The translations under genes and the position numbers were made by a program. This document shows, one piece after another, positions 46,628 to 58,683 of a stretch of 63,596 nucleotides of DNA; the stretch's first letter is position 1; the number at the start of each line of letters is the position of its first letter. A model generated the notes under the pieces. The model made no database searches. It saw only the letters and a list, made by a program, of their open reading frames with translations, and was not told where the DNA came from. The stretch spans positions 1 to 63,596 of the forward strand of contig NKIB01013149.1 in the NCBI GenBank assembly GCA_002256025.1, read 5' to 3'. The stretch comes from Asterionella formosa (taxonomy: Eukaryota).

Positions 46628-48005
46628 TCATTCATAGACGAAGTCATCCAAATTGCCACTTGGATCTTGCCTTGCAACAGGCGAGATAATGTCACCTAGC
46701 TGCTGATTTTTTGTAGTCATACTTAGTAATATACCCAAGTCATTCACAGGTGAGAAGGGGCTTGACCCGTGAATATCATCAGACAATGGACTTGATGATG
46801 ACATGAATCTACTCTTCTTTGAGTAATACTCATCCACAATGTTTTCACGTTTTCTTGTTCTCTGAGAAGACAGACTGTCAATCTGATTTGTAATAGATTC
46901 CAGTTTTCCATCTAAAATATCAAGCTTGGTTTTGATGTTTGCAAACATTATATGTTCCAATGGGTATCTAGCCTGTTGTTGAAGAAGACCTTTCACCCAA
47001 TCACGAGTGCATGCAGCAGAGTGACTCAGACCAAACAAGAATGCATTTCCCAAAATTGAATTGTTAATCAAATCTTCTGATAAAGCCAGTTTTGCTGCTT
47101 CTACTGATGCGTCCTCGACTTTCAGCTGGCCTCTGCTTCCAATGGAGCAATCAATTGACATATCAGAAGAACGACTGAAACTTTGTTCCTCTGCAACGAA
47201 TTTTCTAGCTGATGCACGGCCTGCGCTGATTCTTTCTTACCATTCTCAAAGACACAATCCTTTGTTAGCAAGAGAATAGACTTGAACTCATCTCTAGCAA
47301 ATGGTCCAAACACTTTGAATCCAATCCAGCCATGAAAATAATAATCCACAGGCATCCCAACATCATCATTCAATGCCACGCACAGCAGCACCCAAGATTT
47401 CCTCCTCCTCCTCATCATCATCATCATCCTCATCATTAGCTGGGTCGCTGTAGCTGGTTCGACCCTTCAGATATCGAAACATATGGTTTAATACATGGTT
47501 GTCATAGTCTTCAACATTATTCCCGGAAGGCAAAGTCCCATCAGGGAGTAAAAATTGCGACCCAAATGCCAAGGCTTTCTTCCAATTCAGCAGGGCATGC
47601 TGAGTTGTCTTCAAAAGAGTTTGACCAGTAATCAAAGTGGACATATTTTTCATTCTAGTGCCTGGAAGAGATCTTGTAGTGAATTGAGAGCCAACAAGAT
47701 GTCTGTTTTGATAATCACGGGAATAGCAACAATCTTTTTAGACCAAGTCAAAAACAGAAACACGATCTGCATTTCATTTTGGAGGTAGGTATTCAGCTCC
47801 TCGCTCTCTACTCCAAAGGTCTTCGAACTGACCCCTTCCCCTCAGCAGAGACTCCAAATATCCAATGCGTCCTTTCACGGATGGATCGCCATGATAAAGT
47901 ACTAGATATATTTTATTCTGAAGATTTTTGATCGTCATTGTCGGCCCTCCTGATACCTTGTCCAGAACAGCAACAGCAACAGTTCGTTGCAACTACTTTT
48001 GCCAT
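46628..48005 (-). pseudogene. Fragmented accessory ORF convergent with the Harbinger transposase
   Basis: Chain of overlapping minus-strand ORFs (47774-47992, 47366-47653, 47122-47436, 46628-47161) with an acidic tract. The position is typical of a second gene in PIF/Harbinger elements, but no firm domain was recognised. Confidence 0.4.
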
Positions 48006-48739
48006 GCAGAGGGAGAAAGAGCTCTCTGGGCTGGAAAGGGGTGCTGGCGCCATGATCGAGGATGCTGATTGGCAATCGACAGATGTTGTTATGTTCTTGT
48101 TGTTTTTGTGTACCTGGTAATATGTACTTGGAGTATATATTTACGACTATATTATATAGTAGTCGGAAATCAAGAAGAACAAGTCAGTCTGCACGCCTTC
48201 TTGGCACAATTGTAGCCTCGAGTATTTTGGTCACTCTTGCGTCAAGTATCACTGGAATGTGCTACTTGGGGTATCGAAGCAGCATATGTCGAACTTTTGC
48301 CACAGCTGGATTTGAAGTACTTAAACAGACGCAAAACGACCTCATTGGATAAGGCAAAGGAGAATTTGAGACAGCAGACAATGGATGATGACGAGGCCAA
48401 CTCAGGTACCTCCAAGCAGTTCCGGTTTGGGTGACCATGTTGGAATCAAAAATTGGCGTATTGGTGCTTATTGTGAATTCACCGAATGCTGTGCTATTTG
48501 CATCGCTCCTGTCCTGGCAAATCTATTCTGGTGGTGTTGGTCTGGTCAGCGAAATGGTGCCAAAGTATCTCACATAGCTTTGACGAGGTAGGACTGCTGA
48601 ATTGACGATCAATTCAAGCAAGAAGGTCGGAAAGAACTAAATATTTATTTAAAGATGGAGTGCACAGTGTACAATATAGTGGAATGATATGAGTTATTTG
48701 TATGATAGGCAGCACATTCCGATTAAAGATTTACGTCCC

Positions 48740-49600
48740 CCTATGGGGGTGAAACAAGCAATCATCAGATATTACTCAAGAAACCATGGAACAGGTTCTT
48801 GGTGATTTAGCTGACGTGGAAATTTATATTTGATGATGTGGGTTGTTTTTCCATTAATTTTCAGGATTAACTACATCCGTTAGATACTATTTCAAATCGC
48901 TTACAGGCAAATGGTTTCACGATTAATCCATCCAAGTGTGAATGGGCAGTTCAGGAAATAGATTGGTTAGGATATTGGTTAGCCCCTACTGGACTGAAAC
49001 CTTGATCTAAAAACAAGGTCCGAGCTTTAATTAGTTGTCTTCACCTACCAATCTCAAATAGTCAGACCTTTTCTGGGTGCGGTTGCAGACTATCGAGAAA
49101 ATTTTCCTCGCCAATCTCATGTTCTCGGCCCACTCACGGATTTAATTGGAACTGGTCTATTTGTATGCATGGTTACCTAATCATCAACAAGCTTTTGACG
49201 CCATGAAAGTATTGTTGGTTGCCAACACACTGACGCATTATCCTGATCACAATTTTCCTTTTCATATTTTTGCTGATGCATCTAATTATCAACTTGGGTC
49301 AGTCATTATGCAAAATGATTTCCCAGTTGCTTTATTATTCTCGCAAAATTTCTGCTGCTCAGAAAGATTATACCACAATTGAAAAAGAATTACTTTCTGT
49401 GGTAGAAGCCTTCAAAGAATTTCACTCTATGTTATTTGATGCTGTCATATATGTTCACACTGATCATCGTAATCTTATCTACAATACCTTACACACTCCA
49501 CGTGTTTTTCGGTGAAGGATCTACATTAAAGAATATCATCCTACTTTTCACTACTATGTGAAGGGGACTGATAGCTAATGCTATGACAGATTCCATCTTT
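48740..49600 (+). mobile_element. Ty3/Gypsy reverse transcriptase-RNase H remnant
   Basis: [47 protein letters not shown] and YYSRKISAAQKDYTTIEKELLSVVEAFKEF..VHTDHRNL. Frameshifted. Confidence 0.9.
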
Positions 49601-50075
49601 CGCCACCTGAGACTTGAGTCTTTGGTTGGGGACGATATTGGGACGAAAATTTTAGCATCAACATCTACTTCCACTTACTCAATTGAATTAGATGATGAAC
49701 AGCTTACGGGTTATGTTAACGGCTCATCCTCCATGAATTTCAAGCTCAAAATATTGTGGATACATGTTTTGCAACTGCATCATATGTAGCTCAAGCTACT
49801 ATTCAAAGTACATAGAGCATTTCATCAGGAGCATGGGGTTTTCCAACGTGATATGATATTAAATATTCCTTTAATAACAAATTTACAATTTATACATCAC
49901 CTTTGACAAGTGATAATTTACGAACGACTCTGTCATGCTAATTTCTGTCGTCAGTCTTTATAAAGGTTTCTTCATGTAGAAACCTAAATCTGGATTGCTG
50001 CCAAGATTCACTGAGAGATGAAGAAGTCGAAAATCACAAAGCGCGGCGATGTCATAATTTTCGAAATTCATCACT

Positions 50076-50375
50076 CATATCGTCAGCAAAACCATCATAT
50101 TCCCATGATGCATCATAGGATTATGATCATCTGATCATAATTTTTCGTTATATTATCAAATAATCTTGATAAATGCCCTAGTAATTTAAATAGGAACCCT
50201 TTTGAATATGTATATTGAATTATTATATGTATTGGTTTGGTTGATCATCCTCTCCAATCTTCACTCTGATTCTTTCAACAACGACAAAACATCAATGTCG
50301 ATAGGAAAGAGTGTTTGTGATAAAATCTTCATTTGTCGTTCAAGTCATCATAGAATGTCTTCGATTAATCATCAT
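50076..50375. repeat. Dispersed repeat (probable transposon end), inverted homologue of 19542-19917
   Basis: Begins CATATCGTCAGCAAAACCATCATATTCCCATGATGCATCATAGGATT and aligns by eye to the reverse complement of 19542-19917. Confidence 0.8.
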
Positions 50376-50559
50376 CTACAGTGCACAGCATGTTTGTATG
50401 CAATCGGTTAGGAGCTTGAAATGAAATCCAATGAAAACTAAATGGCTCATCACATAACACGAATATTTCCGGTCTGTCCCCGGAGCATCGAGCAGTGTTA
50501 CAAACTCAATCATAAACAACATCCATTATAGGACAGCACAATCTACTTCTATGTAACAT

Positions 50560-51205
50560 CGTCTCTCTAAGGAGAACACAAAGGAGCCTAATTTTTCTCC
50601 CCAGTGATCCCAGAACCTCTTGGATGTCAATTGCTTGCTACAGAAAATGGAGAAAAGCCGCCATGATCTGTTGATCGTTGCTGTATGGTGCCGCTAACCA
50701 AAACCTCCAGAAATCTCAATGAAATGTTTCTTGACTTGAATGCTGCCCAAGAGATCAAAACCAGTGGAAAAAGCAAAAGGGAACTAAAAATTCTCTGCAA
50801 AAATCAGGACAAGTGTGAAAGAGAAAGGAAGGTTGGGAGGGGAAGTAAAGGGATTATTGCTGGTCTTGCAGGAACAAGGATGGATTGACCCAAACAATGT
50901 TGACAAATAGATACTTACCGGAAAAAGGAAGCAATCCTTTCGGCATCATCAATCTATGTACAAGCCTGGCTGCGTGACCTGATGTCAATATAGCTACCTC
51001 GACTTCATCAATGAAGAAAGTATGATGGGCGGAGCATGTGAGAAAAAAATCGGGGTTTAGGTTTTCTTGATGCCAACGTGCTTGGCTGAACTTGCAGGAG
51101 GTGAAGGCATTGAGTAGTAACCTGGGCCTGTGCGGCCAAAGGATGAAAAATCTATGATAAGGCAGGGTGGTGAGATCCCGTATACTTCATTGTCCTGGAC
51201 CCCCC
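50560..51205 (+). mobile_element. IS630/Tc1/mariner-like transposase remnant ending in a TIR-like sequence
   Basis: Broken-frame fragments GWEG..KGLLLVLQEQGWIDPNNVDK, DFINEESMM and AELAG.EGIE..WAC resemble the KGL.xVL.ERG ... HCEL..IE..W family. Followed by CTTCATTGTCCTGGACCCCCC (ends 51205). Confidence 0.55.
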
Positions 51206-51850
51206 AATGTACACTGCCATGACTGAATTTTGACTGATTTTACTTAAGGGGGGGGGGTCCAGGACAATGAAGAGATTTCCCTTACTATAATGGACCTAAG
51301 TAAATTTCTTTAGTTCTACAGGATAGCGCACATTTTTCTAAGATGTATTAATATGACAATTATTTCCGTCATGTGAAAAATGAGAGAGTTCTTCACCTCG
51401 CAAGAAAAACGCGACTTCATGTTGTTATCGGCGATCTCAATTTTCGTTGTCATTATTAGTGTTATTACTTTACTTCCTTTACAATTGTATTTTCCATGTC
51501 GTTCTTAATACAGGTAGCAAGTTGCAAAGCGTCGTTCTCTATTTTCGTGGAGATAATTTGTATTTTCATCATGGTCAAGGTTGCGACAATATCATGAAGG
51601 ATTCTCCAGCTGCTCACAGCCACTACCTGTTATCTTTTGTGTTTTGTATGTACAAAAGAATCGCAAAATCGTTGCTAGATAATTATATACTAGTACCTGC
51701 CTACCACGAGGACAAAAAAGAATCATAGCACGTTACTTTGTCTATGACAAGAAAATTATTGGGTGTTTGGTTCCACCTCGAGAAAAATGTACAGGGGGAT
51801 CCAGCAACCATAGGTGTGGGGGTCCAGGACAATGAAGTATATGGCAGTGT
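51181..51850. repeat. Three copies of a TIR-like motif GGGGGTCCAGGACAATGAAG
   Basis: Reverse copy at 51181-51205. Forward copies at 51248-51272 (preceded by TTAA) and 51818-51850. ACACTGCCAT (51211) is the reverse complement of ATGGCAGTGT (51841). Confidence 0.85.
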
Positions 51851-53099
51851 TTAGGAGCAAAAGTCATCATAGCTGAACACATTCGAAAATTCGTAAAGAC
51901 AATATATGATGGCATACCATAGCTGCTCTTGGCTGACAGTTGCCAAGTCAATGTACAAACACAACAAGGGTGCACAAAAGACGATCCCATTTTAATCGAC
52001 TGGCTGATACATAGTTTTGAGACTCACTATTCTGCAATGGGGTGGACTTTGATCATTGCTTCCTTCGAAGCCAATCAATTCAAATGCTGTCCAGGGAAAC
52101 AATGAAAACAATTGTGGCGAAAAAGCACAGAACAGATCAAGAAATTTCATGGAATTAAAATAACGGGGTTTATATGATGCACTGCTCCTTGTGTATATTT
52201 GATCATTTCCATATTTCATTTACAGGTGCATGGATCATGACTCCTCCCTTTCATTAGATATGCAGCCATGTTGCGATAATTCTACAAGACCTCCTATAGG
52301 ATTGGTAGTCTGGCTGGTGGTCATCATTTCCGCATTGTTTATACCAGTAGCAGTCATCTATGCATGCATGCTGCGATAATTCTTACAAGACATAAAAATT
52401 CGGTAGCTTGGGGGTAATCATTTCCATACTGTGGTATACAGCGGGGGGGGGGGGGGGGGTTGCATGCATATGAGCAACTACTCCGGTATAAAGTATGATC
52501 TTTAATCATAAAGTTTGATTCGTTCATCCTAAACCTTTGATCATAACATATTAATCATATGATAAACGGTGTCATTGATGAGAAAATGAAAGATCAAAAT
52601 TTATTTTCAGGAATAAGGTTAAATTGATCTTAAAAAAATGATCAAATGATCCTAAATACATGATATTCAGTTTTCCGATGCACTATTGTGGTACTCCCAT
52701 GATAGAAGTAATACCCAGCAAGTATACAGTACTAGCCCATATGAATTTTTCGAGTGTATATGGTCAATATGTCTATATGCATAAATGTATGATTTAGAAC
52801 ATTTGAAAAACCGTTGATGACTACCGTTTGTTAAGGGGCTTAATTTAGTCAGCCACTGACTTGTAGGTACAAGAATTGACACAAAACAAATTGAAAAAAC
52901 TCAACAGGTCATGGAAAACTATGAACTCATCATGCATTGTATATATTTGAATTATGTTTAATCAAAATTGATGTTAGTATACACAGGATGTGCCATACAA
53001 TGAGAGTGTTTAAAACTATGCAAATGTTCAACTATGTATACATTTAAACTTACAAATCTTTCTATATATGTATTCATGGCTGAAACATTTGAAATCATG

Positions 53100-53449
53100 T
53101 TTTCATGTTCCTTGTCATGAATACACTTTGCTCCTGAAATGAAGGATCATCACACATGTTGACACGGAAAACGAAAGTGATAATACAACATAATGATACT
53201 TGCGGCTTAGAAGGAGTGACTATGGAGAAGGGCGGAATCAATTGATGGTAAGTCAAGAGCAAATGCTTTTCATGTTCCTTGTCATGCATACACTTCCTGA
53301 AATGAAGGATCTCAAGCAACACATGATGCGAAAAGCTGAAGTGACAATACAACACGAGGATGATACACCATGCGGCTAAGAAGGAGTGAATATGATGGAG
53401 AAGGGCGGAATCAACAAGCTGTGCATGGTACCATGTCAAGAGCAAATGC
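53100..53449. repeat. Tandem duplication, ~167-bp unit x2
   Basis: TTTTCATGTTCCTTGTCATG.ATACACTT..CCTGAAATGAAGGATC..GAAGGAGTGA..ATGGAGAAGGGCGGAATCAA..GTCAAGAGCAAATGC occurs twice. Confidence 0.85.
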
Positions 53450-54524
53450 CAGGATGATCAATTGTTGGGATTATAAATACAGAATGACTCGTCCCCTTTC
53501 AGTGATTCAATAGCTCCTTTTGGATTTGGTGGCCAGCCATCAATGTGGACAAAAGAAATCGGTAAGTGGTCGCTATCATCTTTGGATCGATCCACAACTT
53601 TTAGAAAAACTTACACGTGCGTGTAGCTTATTAAGGATAATGGTCAACAAATAGAATTTGTAAGTTACAAACGGCAGCATTGGAGGCTATTTATTTATCC
53701 TCGATACTTACTATTCAATGTTCAACTGACACATTATTTACAGAAATATACGTCAGTTGCTTACTTCCTCAATTTGTGGAAAGCGAAGATAGAAGCGAAA
53801 TGAATGCTGTTGTGTAAGCAAAACATAAACAGATAACAATGAATTGCTTCTCTTTGTTAGAATGATTGGACAACGAAACATGGTTTATCATGATGCTCAA
53901 GGGGTATCTCAGTGGCTAATTTTTCCAAAAGAAGCAAGGAGTAACATAAAGTACTTTAGGATTTTGTTGAATGGCTTAACTAAAATTTCGGTGTAACTTG
54001 AAGAAGAAGTTTCACCCATAGGAAAACCAGGCTAAAATAACCCGGAAATAAACAGGATTGACTACTGCAAAGGTTGCAGGTATTACCAGTGCATATTTGA
54101 TGATGTATATATAGGGGTGCAACGGTTACATGGCGGAGCTTGCCAAATGTGCAACCAACCTATCATATTCAATACTACGTACTACAGGACGTAATATGGG
54201 ACATAGTATTTTAATAATTCTTGTCTACTACCATAAATGTTGATATATATATCAGACTACCGGAATGACCTCCAGGAGTACGGAGTAGGTCTACTACGGT
54301 AGACTACTAGTTTATAGGTGGTACTGTATGTACAACAACATAAAATATATATTCATGATGAAATAAGGCTATTTAATTATAGAAAATGCCTTTTTATGAT
54401 ATATACAGGAAATCATAATAAATTCATAAATAAGAGAATAGAATTTTCTGCATGTGTGTATACATGCAGAAAGAAGTGCCACATGTAATCATACATGGAG
54501 CGATTCTAAAGGATAGTATGTTTT

Positions 54525-54864
54525 ATAGCCCCCCATTTGTACTCCCCTATTTCTAGGGAAGTATTTCATTGTGCTACCTGCCAACAAGACCTGTGCTTCC
54601 CTAGTTTTGTTAGCGTACTAGGTGAGTCCCCATCCACCTTTCGCGAAAGGTGATCATCTTAGCCGCAGCGTTAGGGGAAACTCTTGCCGCCTAGGAAGGC
54701 GGCACAAGCTACTTGTAGGGGGGCAACCCAATATTTCTTGCACACCACTCAAGACTGTGCGGGACGGTAAGAAGTGTGGGAGTCGAACCCAACAAATTGC
54801 GGGAATCGAACCTCACAACCTCAGATCAAAGGCAACGTGCTAAACCACTAAGCCATTCCCTTCT
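54525..54864 (-). ncRNA. tRNA-headed SINE-like element or Pol III ncRNA with a structured body
   Basis: Minus strand: A-box TGGCTTAGTGG, two B-box/T-arms (GGTTCGATTCC, GGTTCGACTCC), then a ~200-nt region closed by GCCCCCC/GGGGGGC with several strong hairpins. Confidence 0.6.
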
Positions 54865-55678
54865 AGAGAGATTCTACTGCTTTTCCCATAAGTAGAATAA
54901 TATTTTGGCATGTATGTATTCATACCGGGTTCTTTCCGATTCATTAGGCTGATTTCAGTCTCTCTTTGAAGCTCAATTTGAAAACTTTATTATTACTTTT
55001 CTTTAACTTTACAGACATCGTTGCATCGTACTTTTCTCTTGATTAAAAGGGCTATACATGATAAGGACAAAAATTGGAATTTGAACTACTAAGAATATTT
55101 AGTCATGTGTCAGTCACAACATGAAAAATTCCGAAGACACAGATCAGTCTGGACTGGAAGGACTCAATACTGCTTCAATGTAATGATGTAAACAACAATG
55201 ATTACCTCGAAGCATACCCATGGAGCACGCAAAATATGTCCAAGTCATCATTTTCCAGTTTACACATGTACTTTCAAGGTGGGAACTGTCAACATCTACA
55301 AACCTTTTCCCGAAATTTTGTGTGCCTTTCTTGGGCAGCCCAAAAACTCTGTGCTCAGCATTTTTGGTCAATCATGTCAACCTTCGTGGCCATTCTTCTT
55401 CATTTTTGTAATAAGGATTACATATCAATGCCTCCGCAAAGAGCTTGCGAAAACAGAGCATGCCATCAACCTCACCCCTCCTTACAGAAGTGTTTATATG
55501 ATGCAAGCAAGCATGGCATCTTCTGCCGTGACTGAAAGGAGCAATGATAACATTCTATTCTGTGTTTTGTCGCCCATATCATTTATAAACTAATTTGGGA
55601 AGACCGCTTTGCATCATGGACATTAAACATCCCCTCGGAATTCGTAGTGGCTTTAGAAAACCACTGTACATGTAATTT

Positions 55679-56086
55679 NNNNNNNNNNNNNNNNNNNNNN
55701 NNNNNNNNNNNNNNNNNNNNNNNNNNNNNNNNNNNNNNNNNNNNNNNNNNNNNNNNNNNNNNNNNNNNNNNNNNNNNNNNNNNNNNNNNNNNNNNNNNNN
55801 NNNNNNNNNNNNNNNNNNNNNNNNNNNNNNNNNNNNNNNNNNNNNNNNNNNNNNNNNNNNNNNNNNNNNNNNNNNNNNNNNNNNNNNNNNNNNNNNNNNN
55901 NNNNNNNNNNNNNNNNNNNNNNNNNNNNNNNNNNNNNNNNNNNNNNNNNNNNNNNNNNNNNNNNNNNNNNNNNNNNNNNNNNNNNNNNNNNNNNNNNNNN
56001 NNNNNNNNNNNNNNNNNNNNNNNNNNNNNNNNNNNNNNNNNNNNNNNNNNNNNNNNNNNNNNNNNNNNNNNNNNNNNNNNNNNNNN
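55679..56086. other. Assembly gap (N run)
   Basis: Run of N characters. Confidence 1.
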
Positions 56087-57069
56087 TTGTTTGCAGCTTC
56101 ATCATGACACAAAAAATTCAGATGATGGGGAATTGTCACCTCCAATATCAACAAATCGAACTGGAATGGCAACATTGTCAGTGTCATGAACTGCGCCAGT
56201 ACACTTGACAAGAAGTTTGAGCAGCTCTGAGTCGAAGCAAGGCATCACTTCACCTTCTGCTGCCTCCTCAAGCACATAATCACCTTCATCACAGTAAAAA
56301 GTGTATGGATCAATATCAGAAATGATCTAGAAGTGATTTTCAAGGGCATACAGCTCAGTTGTATCAGTATCATCATCTACACTCCTGGGAGCAGTGACTG
56401 CAATGGCCATCACCTCCTTACGTCTGATTTTCTTGAGCCCCCTTCTGCATCACGTCAATCTTTCAAGTCTGAACTTTTGCGATGTTCACATGATGATTAG
56501 GACCCAAATTGATTGGTGAAAGTACTTTGAAAGGCATGAAACGACGGCACCTTTGCCCATTGTCAAAAAAAATTCGTTTTTGTGCCATCCCGCACAGATA
56601 TTTTTGAGATTGTTTTGGCTGGCAGACTTCTCATGTATCTGAAATTTTTTAAGCCTTTATAAGCTTAATTGCCATGCATACCTCCAGAAGCCTACAGCTT
56701 TCTAGATTTAGATTAACTTTTCAGAAATGAAATATTGGCAAGGGATTGAAAACCCAGACTGAATCTACCGGTAGTTGATTAGACTGAAATCAGCCTAGCT
56801 GGAAAAAATCCGATACTGTTCGGAGTTAAGAGTTTACGCACTGGACCGCTATTTTCATTTTTTATTTTTAGCTATGGGGAAGCTACACACTTGCTGAATG
56901 GGAACAAAAAGGTGATTCTAGATCTTCGTTGTTCCAACATGATGCATACCGGTATTATAATAGATTTCATTCCCATTGCTTCAATTATTTATTCTTCATA
57001 TTGTTCTTCTATTTTGAGAGTGGTCCAGCGAATAAATAAAGTGGCAAGAAGCCGCTTGAACCGGAAAGA

Positions 57070-58554
57070 ATGGTACCTGAAGGACTTGCCGAAGAGCAAC
57101 TGCCAGATTCAGCGGATGCTTTCCCGTCTGACAACGAAGCAGACGGAGCATTGTTTCCTCCTTTGGAATCAGCTACGATTGAGGAACGAGAGGGAACAAT
57201 ATCATCAGCTCGTTTCAATATTTTGTCAACCATGGTTGGTGGAGGATCATTGTCCCTACCCTTTGCATTCCAAAAGGCCGGCAATGCCTTGTTAGGGCCG
57301 TTATTGATCATCATTGTTGCAAGTTTTTCTGATTTTTGTTTCAGACTGCTGATCGCGTCTGCTGGTGAGCCCACTGCTCGGAAGGGAACTGCGTCATTCG
57401 AGTCAATTTCCAAGGCTGCATTTGGTCCGAAGGCGTATATATTTTCCATGGGATTAGTCTTCTCCATGTGCGTAATTGGTGCTATCGGGTACGCTGTCCT
57501 TCTGAGAGACATGTTGATCCCGATAGCTGATGCACTTGCGCCAAATGACTCTCAACTGTATCACAATGGTGCCATGTTGACAATTGTACTGTTAGTGACT
57601 CCTTTGACCTCCCTTCAAACGTTGACGTCGCTCAAGCGCTTCGGGGCTGCATCCATGTTTTCGGTGTTTGCCCTCGGATGTTGCGTCATTTACCGCTCTG
57701 TCCAATGTAATTTTGGAGATCGCGAGGATCGACATGCGCAATGGTTTAGATATTTGCGACTCTTTCCAGAATCTCCCAAGGACTTGATAGACGCGTTGCC
57801 ACTCTTTATTTCTTGTTTTGTATGCCACTACAACATATGTACGGTTCACAATGAATTGCGGGACCCGACTCCAGCACGGTCATCGTGGTGGATTCGATCC
57901 ACTACGTGGTCTGCAGCCATTTTTTACCTAGCCATGGGTTTCGCAGGAAGCATGTATGGCAATTGCACCCCATCAGGACTTGTACAAGGAAATGTTCTTC
58001 TGGACTTTGCAGAAGACGACCCTCTGCTGTTGATGGGTAGAATCTGCCTGGCGCTAACCATTTCTCTAGCATTCCCTATGCTAGTGATTCCCGCCCGAGA
58101 TATTGTCTTGAGGGTCATGGCAACAAAGGATTCCGACGATGATAGTGGAGAATCGATATTGGAAGAAGGAGAAATATTGGAGCGCGATCTCCGTGAACCG
58201 TTGTTGGGTGAAGCAGAGGAGGGACCCAAGGACCTATCTGTGTCGTTTATTCGGCGCTTAGCCGTGGCAATTGTTGTGTTTTGGTCGGCTGCTGGCATTG
58301 CGTGTTGTGTCTCCAGTATTGACATTGTTTGGGATCTTCTGGGAAGCAGCTTGTCTATTCTACTATCCTATTTGATACCTTGCTGTTCGTATCTTGTCCT
58401 CATGGACCAGCAGGAAGATTTCGACGAGGAAGCAGGAACCAATTGGAGAAAGCGACTTTCAACTATTTTATGTTGGTTTTTACTGATACTTTTTTGCCCT
58501 CTGATGGTTATTTCGACCGCCAATGCCATCTACAACACCATCCATTCTCATTGA
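57070..58554 (+). CDS. Amino acid transporter (Aa_trans; SLC38/AVT-like)
   Basis: GTISSARFNILSTMVGGGSLSLPFAF, SFESISKAAFG, FVCHYN..VHNEL, and many hydrophobic helices. Confidence 0.9.
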   Translation: MVPEGLAEEQLPDSADAFPSDNEADGALFPPLESATIEEREGTISSARFNILSTMVGGGSLSLPFAFQKAGNALLGPLLIIIVASFSDFCFRLLIASAGEPTARKGTASFESISKAAFGPKAYIFSMGLVFSMCVIGAIGYAVLLRDMLIPIADALAPNDSQLYHNGAMLTIVLLVTPLTSLQTLTSLKRFGAASMFSVFALGCCVIYRSVQCNFGDREDRHAQWFRYLRLFPESPKDLIDALPLFISCFVCHYNICTVHNELRDPTPARSSWWIRSTTWSAAIFYLAMGFAGSMYGNCTPSGLVQGNVLLDFAEDDPLLLMGRICLALTISLAFPMLVIPARDIVLRVMATKDSDDDSGESILEEGEILERDLREPLLGEAEEGPKDLSVSFIRRLAVAIVVFWSAAGIACCVSSIDIVWDLLGSSLSILLSYLIPCCSYLVLMDQQEDFDEEAGTNWRKRLSTILCWFLLILFCPLMVISTANAIYNTIHSH

Positions 58555-58683
58555 TGCATTTCGTGTTGAATATTTTGATGATCGGAATAAGAGAAGCACC
58601 AATATGCTGCTGCATTAACCTAGTAGTTACCCGCAAACGTGCATTTTTGATTTGCTTAAATAGCGCTTTCGTTATAAGCAATA

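Noticed and set aside
19542..50375. One giant 30-kb transposon bounded by the inverted repeats
   Set aside because: The putative termini point inward toward each other, so they are ends of two separate elements extending outward.
54670..54677. Telomerase RNA template (CCCTAAC on the minus strand)
   Set aside because: Only about one telomeric repeat rather than ~1.5, and it lies in a predicted stem.
54625..54680. Twister or HDV-like ribozyme (minus strand CCCCTAACGCTGC...GTGGATGGGGA)
   Set aside because: The ends resemble twister P1/P2, but the conserved P4 loop needed for both pseudoknots is absent. No HDV catalytic C or nested pseudoknot could be built by eye.
55579..56211. ORFs spanning the N run
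   Set aside because: Artefacts of the assembly gap.
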